Virus record (IMG/VR): IMGVR_UViG_3300027712_000018
Source of the DNA: a virus
Strand: one strand, 5' to 3'
Length of the DNA stretch: 64,000 nt
Positions 10,583 through 20,644 of this stretch are shown piece after piece (the stretch's first letter is position 1; each line of letters starts with the position of its first letter). Below the pieces are notes generated by a model. It ran no database searches. It was given only the letters and a program-made list of their open reading frames with translations, and was not told where the DNA came from. Made by a program: the position numbers and the translations under genes.

Positions 10583-10632
10583 ATGTCCTCACGTGTGTAT
10601 AATGGCTATATAGCCTATGAGATTAGTAATGG

Positions 10633-13260
10633 TTAGTATGTACCACCATCTATTGTATTTATGCTCACTGCCCCAGTGCTTACGGTGAAGTTAGTTGCGT
10701 CAAAAGAAGCAACACCAAGAGCAGTACTGTTTGCAGTAACAGCTGTAATTGTAATAGCAGTCGTACCGTTATAACTTGCACCGCCTGCAGTAAGGCCCGT
10801 ACCGAAGGTTAGGGTGTTTAAGTTATTACCAAGTGATATGCCAGAGATAGTAGATGCAGCCAACTTGGTGATAGCAATTGCAGCAGATGCGTTGATGTCT
10901 GCGTTAAGAATCGTACCATCAAGAATCATCGTTGATGTAACAGTTCCAGTATCTGCAGAACCTACTAGAGTTCCCGATGTTGGTAGTGTAACCGAAGTGG
11001 CTGCAGAAGCCGTTAGAGTTAGTGCAAAGTTACCAGCAGTCGTGAAACTGTTCGCAGTTGAAACGTTACCACCGATTGTGATCGTCTTAGCACCGTTGTT
11101 AACACCAGTACCACCGTATGTGCCACCGATAATTGTACCTTGCCAAACACCCGTTCCAATAGTACCAACGGTGGTCAAGCTTGATGTAATTACGCCAGTT
11201 CCTAGTGTGGTAGAACTTAGTACATCAGTAGTGTTGATCTTATAAGTTTTACCTGATGCAAGGTTGAAGTTTTCAGAAGATGTCCAACCATTTGCCGCAG
11301 TCCACGAAATTGTTTTGTCGGTCGTACCCTTAAGAGTGATACCACCACCAGCAGCGGTAACATCAGTTGGAGATGCCACCGAACCCAGCTCAATATTCGC
11401 ATCATCAACGGTGACAGTAACAGAGTTAACAGTTGTGGTCGTACCATTAACCGTTAAGTTACCTGAGACTATAACATCGTTGTTAAATGTTGCAGTACCA
11501 ACACCAGCAGATGATCCAAGGTTGATGTTTGTAGTGGAACCTGATCCACCACCAGTACCGATATTGATCGTTTTGGTAGTCGCAGTAGCAGTGATACCAG
11601 TTGAAAGGTTTGTTGTTGATGTTGCAGTACCAGTATAACCCGCTGTAAGAGCAGTTGCGCTTCCGAATGCAGTGAACGTTGCGCCACTATCAATAGAGGT
11701 CGTGAACGTTGGGGCCGTGGCAAATACAAGAACACCAGATCCAGTTTCGTCAGAGATTACACCAGCAAGTTCAGAAGAAGTTGTAGCAGAAAATACTGAG
11801 AGTTTATTGGATGTATACGTTACAGTACCGCCTGTTCCGAATGCCACTGAAGAAGCATCAGTACCGGTAAAAGTTAGAGTGTTGTTGATAGTGGCAGTTT
11901 TACCGTCAACGATTGTCAAAGTCGAACCAGTAGCTGGAGCAGTGAATGCGACTTTGTTAATAGATGTCGCTGTTGCTACACCAAGAACTGGGGTAGTTAG
12001 TGACGGACTAGTCGCAAACACTAACGACCCTGAACCAGTTTCGTCTGAGATTACGCCAGCAAGTTCGGCCGAAGTCGTGGCAGCAAACGCTGAAAGTTTA
12101 TTTGAGGTAAGAGCAAGTGTACCAGAAGCATCTTGAACCGTCAATGTACGGGTTGTTGCAGTCGTAATACCAGAAAGCTGGAATTGAAGTTTCTTGGTAT
12201 TATCTAAATCGTCTTGAAAGAATGTTGTCGAGTCGGTAAGTGTTTTATTTGTAAATGTTTGCGTACCAGTTAATGTTGCAACAGTCGAATCAATTGCAAT
12301 CGTAACAGCCGCTGAACCATCATACGAAGTGCCCGATAGACCAGTACCGATAGTCAACACATTTGGGTTGACGGCAGTGATAGTGATATTGGCAGAACCA
12401 TTGAATGATACACCATTAATATTTCTTGCCGTCTGAAATGTAGTTGCTGTAGTGGCATTACCAGACAAAGCGGCAGTGATCGTGTTTGCCGCAAAGTTAC
12501 TAGACGCATCACGAAGGACGATCTTAGAAGCCGTTGCAAGTGCAGTAGCGTCTGAGACCTGTGCCGAGGTGATAGAAATGGTAGTCGAAGCCGCAGCAGT
12601 AAGTCTACCCTGTGCGTCAACGGTAAACGTACCAACAGATCCAGCTGCACCATATGAACCAGCAGTTACGGTAGTGTTTTTCAGAGTAATGGTCACGGTA
12701 TTTGCTGTCACAGCAGTTCCGATGCCTGTACCACCAACAAATGACAAAGTCTCTGTTGTCAACGAGATGGCATCAGTACCAGTGTCGCCTGAGATGTTAA
12801 GAACACCAGTATAGGTATTATTCAAATGTCCAAGAGTTACGAGGTCGGTGTTTGCAACAGGAGCCGCAGCATTGGTTACCTTCTTACCCGACACATCAAT
12901 GACGCCAGTTCCGTTTGGATTTAGAATGATGTTAGCGTTGGTTAAGTTTGTGCTAATCGTATTACCAGCAATTGCAAAGTTAGCGACATTGATGGTGTCA
13001 ATCTTAGAACTTGCATCAGTGATAATTGCAGCATTGGCAGTCAAAGTTCCCGGAACATGATTTAGCTTAGCAGTAAAATACTTACCACCAATTGCTTCAA
13101 TGTTTGCAGCAATTCCGCCTGTTTCCGTACCAGTACCGATATAGAGACGATCACCACCGTTTGATTGAGTTCCAGCAAGGAATGAATAACCCATTTCTCC
13201 TTGTGCTAATGCCGCAGGCGAACCGGCTGTACCTGATCTTTTTACACGAATAATTGACAT
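10633..13260 (-). CDS. Tail fibre-like protein
   Basis: N-terminal IRVKRS..GE domain; ARNINGVSFNGSANIT and GNLTVNGTTTTVNS...DDANIELG fibre repeats; ends IDGGTY. Confidence 0.75.
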   Translation of the reverse strand: MSIIRVKRSGTAGSPAALAQGEMGYSFLAGTQSNGGDRLYIGTGTETGGIAANIEAIGGKYFTAKLNHVPGTLTANAAIITDASSKIDTINVANFAIAGNTISTNLTNANIILNPNGTGVIDVSGKKVTNAAAPVANTDLVTLGHLNNTYTGVLNISGDTGTDAISLTTETLSFVGGTGIGTAVTANTVTITLKNTTVTAGSYGAAGSVGTFTVDAQGRLTAAASTTISITSAQVSDATALATASKIVLRDASSNFAANTITAALSGNATTATTFQTARNINGVSFNGSANITITAVNPNVLTIGTGLSGTSYDGSAAVTIAIDSTVATLTGTQTFTNKTLTDSTTFFQDDLDNTKKLQFQLSGITTATTRTLTVQDASGTLALTSNKLSAFAATTSAELAGVISDETGSGSLVFATSPSLTTPVLGVATATSINKVAFTAPATGSTLTIVDGKTATINNTLTFTGTDASSVAFGTGGTVTYTSNKLSVFSATTSSELAGVISDETGSGVLVFATAPTFTTSIDSGATFTAFGSATALTAGYTGTATSTTNLSTGITATATTKTINIGTGGGSGSTTNINLGSSAGVGTATFNNDVIVSGNLTVNGTTTTVNSVTVTVDDANIELGSVASPTDVTAAGGGITLKGTTDKTISWTAANGWTSSENFNLASGKTYKINTTDVLSSTTLGTGVITSSLTTVGTIGTGVWQGTIIGGTYGGTGVNNGAKTITIGGNVSTANSFTTAGNFALTLTASAATSVTLPTSGTLVGSADTGTVTSTMILDGTILNADINASAAIAITKLAASTISGISLGNNLNTLTFGTGLTAGGASYNGTTAITITAVTANSTALGVASFDATNFTVSTGAVSINTIDGGTY

Positions 13261-13505
13261 TAGAAGAAGCCTCCATTAACTTCTGTGTTTGGATTCTCTA
13301 TAACAGTGATAGCTCTCCAAGACTGCGTATTTACGTTATATGATAGAAGAGCGCCGTCTTGAAGATTGCCGACTTCAACATCAACTAGATCGTTCAAAGT
13401 AATGTTACTTGTACTTATTTGATAATTTGTTACAAGTATGTTCTGCTGAGGCGTTACCTTAGCAGTCGTTTTTCCGCTTGGTGTAACAGTTGCTGTTATG
13501 CTCAT
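13260..13505 (-). CDS. Small virion/fibre protein
   Basis: LNDLVDV...DGALLSYN..W fibre motif; ends NGGFF; overlaps both neighbours. Confidence 0.6.
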   Translation of the reverse strand: MSITATVTPSGKTTAKVTPQQNILVTNYQISTSNITLNDLVDVEVGNLQDGALLSYNVNTQSWRAITVIENPNTEVNGGFF

Positions 13506-13834
13506 ATTCTGGTCATCCCTGCAGTAACAGTTACGATACCTTCGACAACACGGGTGACAGTGCCATTGGCTGATGTTATCTCAACGTCATACAAATAACG
13601 ACCGGGTTCTAGTGAAATGGTATTTGTTGCAGATAGTATTAGAGTGATTGCCCCAAAGATCCCGTTGTGTGAAGTGCTAAACGTTACCGCAGTCGAAGAG
13701 TTGTAATTCTTACGCATCTGAGCAGCAGTCGTATATCCAGTTAAATTATATACACCACCGCTTGCATCTGTCACGTCAATAGTGGCACTAAATGAAGTGC
13801 CTTGATCAATAACTAAATTTGCTTTAATCGCCAT
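13502..13834 (-). CDS. Small beta-sandwich virion protein (fibre attachment type)
   Basis: NLVIDQGTSF...QMRK...GRYLYDVEI...RVVEGIVTV pattern common in T4-like tail regions; first gene after a late promoter. Confidence 0.65.
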   Translation of the reverse strand: MAIKANLVIDQGTSFSATIDVTDASGGVYNLTGYTTAAQMRKNYNSSTAVTFSTSHNGIFGAITLILSATNTISLEPGRYLYDVEITSANGTVTRVVEGIVTVTAGMTRI

Positions 13835-13859
13835 AGAAAATCTCCTTAAGTCTTATTGT

Positions 13860-13867
13860 TATTTATA
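13860..13867 (-). promoter_or_regulatory. T4-type late promoter TATAAATA
   Basis: Exact motif, intergenic, followed by an AGGAG RBS and ORF 13834. Confidence 0.85.
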
Positions 13868-13898
13868 AAGAGATGTCGTCTAGATAATTTTGTAACAA

Positions 13899-14534
13899 TT
13901 AGACGTTGACTTTTTCAAGAACGGTGAATCCATCATCAATATCTTTTATTTTTTTATATAACCTGTATGGACATAAGTCAGACTGTTTATCCAATTCTAT
14001 TTTCTTAACTATATATGAATCTAAGTCGGATATGGTTATCGTCGATTCGTCACCGTATTTGCTATAAACTCTAATTTTGGTGTAAGGATTAGTAACGATA
14101 TCCAAATTTACTAATCCAGTGATGTAAGTTCCAGTGTCGTTTGTGATTACCTGAGATATTTGAAAACAGTTACCGATAGTATAATAAGATTTCACTAAAT
14201 CGTTAAAAGTGACAATAGCGCCTTTAAAATCTTCAAACTCTTCTTGAATTTCTGGGCCAAGTATCTTATAACCACCAACTATATATCTGTCACCATATTT
14301 TATGGCCTCAATATTTGACTGTAGAAGTTTGACAGTTTTAACCCAAAGAGGCCTTTCCTCTTCTGGAATATCTGGATGTGTTTTTATTGATTTCAAACCT
14401 TCATAATATGGTAATTCAACATCGCCGTAAACTTTATCAAACCAAGTCAAAGATGGTTCACAAAAATACTGACCCCAATCTTGAGGGCCCAATATTTCAT
14501 TCATGTCAGTCATGAACTTTTTACTGAATATCAT
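13899..14534 (-). CDS. Hypothetical protein
   Basis: Likely start is the ATG at 14534 overlapping the adhesin stop (ATGA); AT-rich; no motif recognised. Confidence 0.55.
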   Translation of the reverse strand: MIFSKKFMTDMNEILGPQDWGQYFCEPSLTWFDKVYGDVELPYYEGLKSIKTHPDIPEEERPLWVKTVKLLQSNIEAIKYGDRYIVGGYKILGPEIQEEFEDFKGAIVTFNDLVKSYYTIGNCFQISQVITNDTGTYITGLVNLDIVTNPYTKIRVYSKYGDESTITISDLDSYIVKKIELDKQSDLCPYRLYKKIKDIDDGFTVLEKVNV

Positions 14535-15544
14535 GATATTGCTCCGTATATACCTGAAAGGGCTCTGGGCCCTGTTGTGCTGCACGAAGCTGAGTTAAGT
14601 TTTATAGCGTTGCCTGCTGCGCCGCCTTGGTTTCCATTTGTAGTCGCAGTACCGCCAGCAGCGCCCCAACCACCACCGCCGCCACCCATGCGACTAGTCC
14701 CGTCTTGACCAGCTACACCAGCGCCACCACCATCTCCACCAGATCCATCGCCGCCTGCACCGTTAGTTGATGTTCCAGGAAATATTCTGCCTCCACCTCC
14801 ACCGGCCCCGCACCAATCAGTTGCTTTTTTGTTAGCTCCATTCCCCGCACTGCCACCACATGAACCACCTCGACCAGCGCTTCCAAAAACTTGTCCACCA
14901 TCGGCACCAGATGCGCCTATAGCGCCGCCGGCTCCACCAACTTGCGTACCGCCGTTGTAATAACTGTTGCCACCCTTGCCGCCTCCAGCACCACCGCCTC
15001 CTCCGCCCCAACTAGATCCACCGCCTCCGCCTCCGCCTCCGCCAATATAACTAGTGGTTCCTGCCATGTTCATGATAAGATATACGCCCGTCGATACAGA
15101 TACAGCATGTCCGCCATTAAATCCAGCAGAAGGTGGGCCACTGTTACCCTCACCACCCGCACCACCTTTACCCATGATATAACCATTATTGATGATTGTT
15201 AGACCCCTAGGAAATGTGCCAGTAGTTAATGCGGCTACAGCAGTGTTATCAGACCAAATGTATACACCAGAGTTTATTGTTATAACAGCAGGAAATATTC
15301 CTGGCCAACCATTGGCCGAAGCCCAAGTCGCAAGATTCAATTCTTTTTGATTAGTGGAAATTGTCCCGTAAAAAATATACGATTTACTATAAAAGTCACT
15401 CATACTGACGGCTGTTTGTGCTGTTGGTTTTGCGCTTAACAATCTACCTTCAGTTCCAGCTATAGATATAAGAGTGTTAGAAGTATGTGTTAATTCGACG
15501 TTAACATCACTAAGTTTTATTAAACCAGAAGTTTGTAAGGCCAT
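14531..15544 (-). CDS. gp38-like receptor-binding adhesin (glycine-rich)
   Basis: Follows the S74 fibre; SMSDFYSKS attachment end, LTIINNGYIMGKGGAGG and many GGGGG polyglycine runs as in T2/S16-type gp38. Confidence 0.75.
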   Translation of the reverse strand: MALQTSGLIKLSDVNVELTHTSNTLISIAGTEGRLLSAKPTAQTAVSMSDFYSKSYIFYGTISTNQKELNLATWASANGWPGIFPAVITINSGVYIWSDNTAVAALTTGTFPRGLTIINNGYIMGKGGAGGEGNSGPPSAGFNGGHAVSVSTGVYLIMNMAGTTSYIGGGGGGGGGSSWGGGGGGAGGGKGGNSYYNGGTQVGGAGGAIGASGADGGQVFGSAGRGGSCGGSAGNGANKKATDWCGAGGGGGRIFPGTSTNGAGGDGSGGDGGGAGVAGQDGTSRMGGGGGGWGAAGGTATTNGNQGGAAGNAIKLNSASCSTTGPRALSGIYGAIS

Positions 15545-15545
15545 G

Positions 15546-18239
15546 TTAAATTCTCTTTTCTAGCTTATCAACTTTTGCTTGAAGTTCTTTAATTGCTTCT
15601 ATTAGAACGCCAACGATGTTACCATATGCGACTGATTTATATTCTCCATCGTGAACGACTTCAGGAAGAACCTTTTCAATCTCTTGTGCAACCACACCCG
15701 TTGAAGATCTTCCATCTTTGTCGAAGTATACACCACGCATCGCAGACACTTTATCAAGGGCATTGTCAATAGTACGAATATTGGTCTTTAGACGTTCGTC
15801 AGAGAAAGCGGTAACATCTCCCAACATTGTAAGAGCGCCGGCAGAAGTGACAGTCATCTTATTGCTGCCGTATGTATCAGTACTTGATTGTAAAACAAAT
15901 ACACCACTATTCACAAGAACTCGCCAATCGCCTGTTGCATCGGTGTCCGACAGTTGTATATAAGGAACAGATGCACTTACATTAATATAAGGAACAGTTA
16001 TTGTACCAGTGGAGGCGATACGCATACGTTCTATGCCACTTGTATTAAAAGTAATTGCACCAGCATCTTCAGCAGTTAAATAAAAGTCTCCAGTTCCACG
16101 ATGACTTATACCGCTTGGTGCATTGGCCCCAGTATTTCCACGTAAAATCCGAAAACCATAGTCTGTATAGGTGGCGTCACCAACCAAATCTATATATGCA
16201 AAGGCGTTGCCAGTTCTCCCATTGCCAATCTGAATAGATCGACTTTCTGTCGTGGCTGCGGGCATATAGATATCACCACCTATGCTGTAGGTAATGTTTG
16301 TAGAACTTGATCCAGCCAAAATGTTACCAGAAGCTTCGATACGCATACGCTCATTGCCATTAGTAACAAAGATAGTCGGAAGTGTTGCCGAATAATTATA
16401 TAAAGAAACCCCAGAAGTAGCATCCGTTTGAAGCCTAGCAATATCAGCGCCAGAACTATTGAATAAAGAATATCCACCGCCAGAAGTACCACCTTTGACA
16501 GTTACAAATCTGTAGTTTGTAGCAGTCAATGGTGTAGTAGTCCCAATCCCCACGTTACCATCAGATTGAATACGCATACGTTCTAAATTGGAGGTGGTGA
16601 AACCAATAGCTGACCAAACGCCACCGCTATTTTGTCCAGCAGAAATTGTTGGAGAAGTTCCATCTGTAGACTGAGTAATGTTAAGTGGTGCAAGTGTTGC
16701 GTTGGCTGAGAATGAAGCAATCGTATAGGCATCACCACGATATGAAGCAAACCCTTGAACATGAAGTTTAGTAGCTGGAGAAACCGTACCAATCCCGACT
16801 CTACCATTTGTAGAATCTATAAACAGTGTATCAGTATTGAATACGGTGTTACCAGACATAACGGCTGCCGTCAAAGTTTTATTAGTAAGTGTTTCCGATC
16901 CCGCTAATGTTGCAAGAGTTCCCGATGTTGGTAGTGTAACCGAAGTTGCTGCAGTGGTCGTCAGTACTGTGGCAAATGCTCCATTGGTAGTTAAGTTGCC
17001 GCCAAGCGTGATCGTCTTACCAGCGTTGTTAGCACCAGTTCCGCCCCATTGGCCAGCAACAAGAGTTCCTTGCCAAACGCCAGTTGCGATTGTACCAACA
17101 GAAGTCAAGCTTGATCCAACAACAGTTGATCCAAGTGAAATTGAGTTTGCAACAAGTATGTTATTGATTTTATAAGATTTGCCTGCAACAAGATCAAAAT
17201 CTTCAGACGAAGTCCATGCACCAGTAGCATTGATCCAATTGATCGTTTTGTCTGTCAATCCTTTAAGAGTAAGACCACCACCATCAGCGGTAGTATTGTT
17301 GGCACTAGCAATTGATCCTAATTCAATATTCTTATCATCAACAGTAATGGTTGTCGAATTCAAAGTTACGGTAGTTCCATTAACTGTCAATAGACCAGTA
17401 ATAACAACGTCATTGTTAAATGTGGCAGTTCCAGTAGCACCAGAAATACCAGAACCAAAGTTGATATTGGTAATAGATCCAGAAGCACCACCCGTACCGA
17501 TGTTAATCGTTTTTGTTGTAGCAGAAGCGACTGAACCCGTAGACAGGTTCATGGTAGATGCCGCAGTTCCAGTATAACCTTCAGTCAAAGTCGTTGCACT
17601 GGCCCAAGCGTTGAATGATGCACCACTATCAACAGATGTAGCGAATGTTGGTGTTGTGTTGAATACCAAATAACCAGCACCAGTTTCGTCGGAAATGACA
17701 CCAGCAAGTTCGAGAGAAGTCGTTGCGGCAAATGCGGATAGTTTGTTACTCGTTAAAGCGAGAGTGCCCGATGCGTCTTGAACCGTCAGTGTACGTGTAT
17801 TGCTAGCGGTGATACTCGACAATTGAAACTGGACTTTTTTAGTGTTGTCAACATCATCTTGGAAGAACGTCAAAGAATCAGTAAAAGTTTTATTGGTTAA
17901 CGTTTCAGTACCAACAAGAGTTGACAAAGTTCCCGTAGTTGGCAGTGTCACCGAAGTTGCTGCAGTGGTCGTCAGTACTGTGGCATATGCACCATTGGTG
18001 GTTAAGTTACCACCAAGAGTGATCGTCTTGCCTGAGTTGTTTACACCTGTTCCACCATACTGACCAGCGATGATAGTCGCCGCCCAAGTTCCAGATGTCA
18101 CACTATTTGTAATAATAATGTTATTGCTGGTAAGGTTTGCTGAGACTGAAGCATCACCAGTGATTGTAGTGTTGCCTGCGGTAAAAACGGACCCAATATT
18201 GAGCCCGTTCTTTACCACAAAATTCTTATCGTTTGCCAT
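15546..18239 (-). CDS. Long tail fibre with C-terminal intramolecular chaperone (peptidase S74)
   Basis: FSDERLKTNIRTIDNALDKV...GVVAQEIEKVLPEVV...VAYGNIVGVLIEAIKEL plus a coiled coil. Confidence 0.88.
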   Translation of the reverse strand: MANDKNFVVKNGLNIGSVFTAGNTTITGDASVSANLTSNNIIITNSVTSGTWAATIIAGQYGGTGVNNSGKTITLGGNLTTNGAYATVLTTTAATSVTLPTTGTLSTLVGTETLTNKTFTDSLTFFQDDVDNTKKVQFQLSSITASNTRTLTVQDASGTLALTSNKLSAFAATTSLELAGVISDETGAGYLVFNTTPTFATSVDSGASFNAWASATTLTEGYTGTAASTMNLSTGSVASATTKTINIGTGGASGSITNINFGSGISGATGTATFNNDVVITGLLTVNGTTVTLNSTTITVDDKNIELGSIASANNTTADGGGLTLKGLTDKTINWINATGAWTSSEDFDLVAGKSYKINNILVANSISLGSTVVGSSLTSVGTIATGVWQGTLVAGQWGGTGANNAGKTITLGGNLTTNGAFATVLTTTAATSVTLPTSGTLATLAGSETLTNKTLTAAVMSGNTVFNTDTLFIDSTNGRVGIGTVSPATKLHVQGFASYRGDAYTIASFSANATLAPLNITQSTDGTSPTISAGQNSGGVWSAIGFTTSNLERMRIQSDGNVGIGTTTPLTATNYRFVTVKGGTSGGGYSLFNSSGADIARLQTDATSGVSLYNYSATLPTIFVTNGNERMRIEASGNILAGSSSTNITYSIGGDIYMPAATTESRSIQIGNGRTGNAFAYIDLVGDATYTDYGFRILRGNTGANAPSGISHRGTGDFYLTAEDAGAITFNTSGIERMRIASTGTITVPYINVSASVPYIQLSDTDATGDWRVLVNSGVFVLQSSTDTYGSNKMTVTSAGALTMLGDVTAFSDERLKTNIRTIDNALDKVSAMRGVYFDKDGRSSTGVVAQEIEKVLPEVVHDGEYKSVAYGNIVGVLIEAIKELQAKVDKLEKRI

Positions 18240-18259
18240 GGTTCACTTTCCCCTATAGC

Positions 18260-20641
18260 TTAAATTTTGATTAGCGTTAGTGCCGTATTAAATGTCGTTG
18301 ATGTTGCAGAGGCCAATGTCGCAAGGAATCTAACGTTACCCCCACTGACATCAACGTCATATGTAACAAGACTTGATCCTGTTAAAATGGTTCCGTATTC
18401 TGTCGCATATGCGGTAGTACCGTTATGGGTCAGAAGAATTTTAGAGATATGTCTAGCACTTCCCTGAGTCGCACAGATGAGTAGTTCGGCCGCACTGAAT
18501 GATGCAATTGGGAATGATGCAATTAGTGATGGAACGGCGGTTGTTAGTGTAACTTGTTGTGATTGTTCCGCATGATACAGATAAGACACAGCAGTATTTG
18601 CATACACGGTATTGGCGTTAACAGTGTTTCCGTTTACCGTAGTACCTGTAGTCGTAATCGAAGTTACGTTATTAGAGTATACGTTACTCCAATAGTTTGT
18701 CGTCGATCCTAATGGGTAGGTGTTGTTTGCAGCAGGGATGAAGCTACTGTTAGCATATGCGTTAAACTGAACTAAATTGCTAGCACTATTCCCTATAATT
18801 GTAGTACCATTACTCGTAAATAATGATGTAACAGTTGAAGTGGTGACAGTTGAGGTATTAACCGCCAGTGTCACGTTAGAAGACAAAGTGGTACTACCCG
18901 TAACAGTCAAATCGCCAGTGATTATGGTATTTCCAGATCCCAAAATTCCAGTAACACTAACACCAGCTGAAGTTGTAGCAATTCTTGCAGTATTAGCAAA
19001 ATACAAAGTTGACGCACCACTACGAACAAACGTAGCCATAGTTTCAGTCACAGTAGAGTTGGATGTCACAATGTTTAGCTGATTGGTGTCAATGTTTAAT
19101 GTGCCAGTACCACCTTCACTGATATAAGAGTTGGTTCCGTTACTGTATAATTGTAGTTCTGGGCCTGTACCGATGTTGAGATACTTGTTGACCGCAATTC
19201 CCAAGTTTGCAGACAATGTAGTGTTACCGACAACACTCAATGTGCCACCTACGTTAGCATTTGATGTGACGTTGGCCGTTGACATTGTAGTCAAACCAGT
19301 TACACTTAAAGTGTTGGATGCGGTAATTGCACCCACGACACCCAATGTTCCACCTACGTTAGCGGTTGTGGTTACACCTAAGACGTTAATGTTTGCAGTC
19401 GCCGAAGCAGTAACGTTGGCCGAGAAAGTCGCCACCCCTGCCACACCCAATGTTCCGCCTACGTTAGCATTCACACTAACGTTAGCTGATCCGATGACGT
19501 TTAACACTGTCCCCGTGAATGCCAAGTTTGCGCTGTCAACGACTAAGCCGCCAGTACTTACTAATGGAACACGACCAGAAGTCAAGTTACTTACGGTTAG
19601 GTTGGCTGTTACGGTGTTGCTTACGACTGTCAGATCTTTTACAAACAAAGATTTCCAAGATACGGCCGCTGAACCAAGATCGTATGTTATGTTCGCACTG
19701 GCGAAGATACCTGTAGTGTTAGCGACCAAAGCAGTAGTCGATACGGTGTTGTTAGCGACGACAAGGTTGAATGTTCCTGGCAATGCAGAGGCGGTTGGGT
19801 CAAGAGTTTTGAGTGTACGAGTTCCCGCCCCATTTAGAACAAATTGGTTCGAAGTCTGAATGTTGTTGGCGGCATAGACATACGTTGTAAAAACGTTACC
19901 GTAATTGTTCGCCGTCGATCCAAGATTTATAGCGTTAGTCGTGGGAATCAAGTCTGCTGCAAGTGCGGCGGTGACAGTCAGTCTGTCTACCGAAGCCGAG
20001 TCACCTATGACAGTGTTACCCGTGATATTAATCAGAGCGCCTGAGAATGTGGCGTTTGCAGTAGCGGTAAGTACACCATCAATATTGACATTCGCATTAA
20101 AGTCTGATATAGCATTCACATTAAGAACGTCAGTACTTGCATCGCCAATTGTAGTGTTCACACTAGTGATATATACAAATGGCCCTGCAAATGTTGTGTT
20201 TGAACTAATGGTGACTGCGCCGGTGTTGACTGTGACAGTGTTAGCATCAATCTTAATAAACTTTGACGTAGCATTGAATGTCAAGTTGCTTGTCACGATA
20301 GTATTGTTTGAGTTGATGTTTACTGTGTTGGCGCCAGTAATGTCAACGTTACCAGTGGTATTGAATAGAGTGTTAGATGTGATGGTCAAGTCGGCGGGGA
20401 CAGTTACCGTCCCGCCTCTTAGCGCAGTGGCCACCGCTATGGTATTGGCTGTAACAACGCCCACAATTGCAAGGTTACCCGTAGTCAAACCAGAGTTTAC
20501 GGTATTTGGTTCACCAGATACCTGAGTTACTGTGACTACGATATTGCCCATATCGTCTCTGACGGCATTAGTTTTATCAATCCAACCAGAGAAAGAATCT
20601 GTTGCCCCAATATTTGCGCCTAGATAAGAAGTCTTTGCCAT
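18260..20641 (-). CDS. Fibre-like virion protein
   Basis: TDSFSGWIDKTN N-terminus, ANVGGTLGV repeats, C-terminal SAAELLI..ISKILLTHNGTTAYATEYG domain. Confidence 0.65.
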   Translation of the reverse strand: MAKTSYLGANIGATDSFSGWIDKTNAVRDDMGNIVVTVTQVSGEPNTVNSGLTTGNLAIVGVVTANTIAVATALRGGTVTVPADLTITSNTLFNTTGNVDITGANTVNINSNNTIVTSNLTFNATSKFIKIDANTVTVNTGAVTISSNTTFAGPFVYITSVNTTIGDASTDVLNVNAISDFNANVNIDGVLTATANATFSGALINITGNTVIGDSASVDRLTVTAALAADLIPTTNAINLGSTANNYGNVFTTYVYAANNIQTSNQFVLNGAGTRTLKTLDPTASALPGTFNLVVANNTVSTTALVANTTGIFASANITYDLGSAAVSWKSLFVKDLTVVSNTVTANLTVSNLTSGRVPLVSTGGLVVDSANLAFTGTVLNVIGSANVSVNANVGGTLGVAGVATFSANVTASATANINVLGVTTTANVGGTLGVVGAITASNTLSVTGLTTMSTANVTSNANVGGTLSVVGNTTLSANLGIAVNKYLNIGTGPELQLYSNGTNSYISEGGTGTLNIDTNQLNIVTSNSTVTETMATFVRSGASTLYFANTARIATTSAGVSVTGILGSGNTIITGDLTVTGSTTLSSNVTLAVNTSTVTTSTVTSLFTSNGTTIIGNSASNLVQFNAYANSSFIPAANNTYPLGSTTNYWSNVYSNNVTSITTTGTTVNGNTVNANTVYANTAVSYLYHAEQSQQVTLTTAVPSLIASFPIASFSAAELLICATQGSARHISKILLTHNGTTAYATEYGTILTGSSLVTYDVDVSGGNVRFLATLASATSTTFNTALTLIKI

Positions 20642-20644
20642 CTA

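Noticed and set aside
18240-18259. GGGAAAG (lambda-type slippery heptamer) between two fibre genes
   Set aside because: It lies after the upstream stop, and a TGA in the downstream frame precedes the ATG, so no fusion is possible. It is better explained as the AGGGG RBS.
2188-20641. Diversity-generating retroelement acting on fibre genes
   Set aside because: No reverse transcriptase in the window, and no template/variable repeat pair differing only at adenines. The repeats seen are in-frame coding paralogies.
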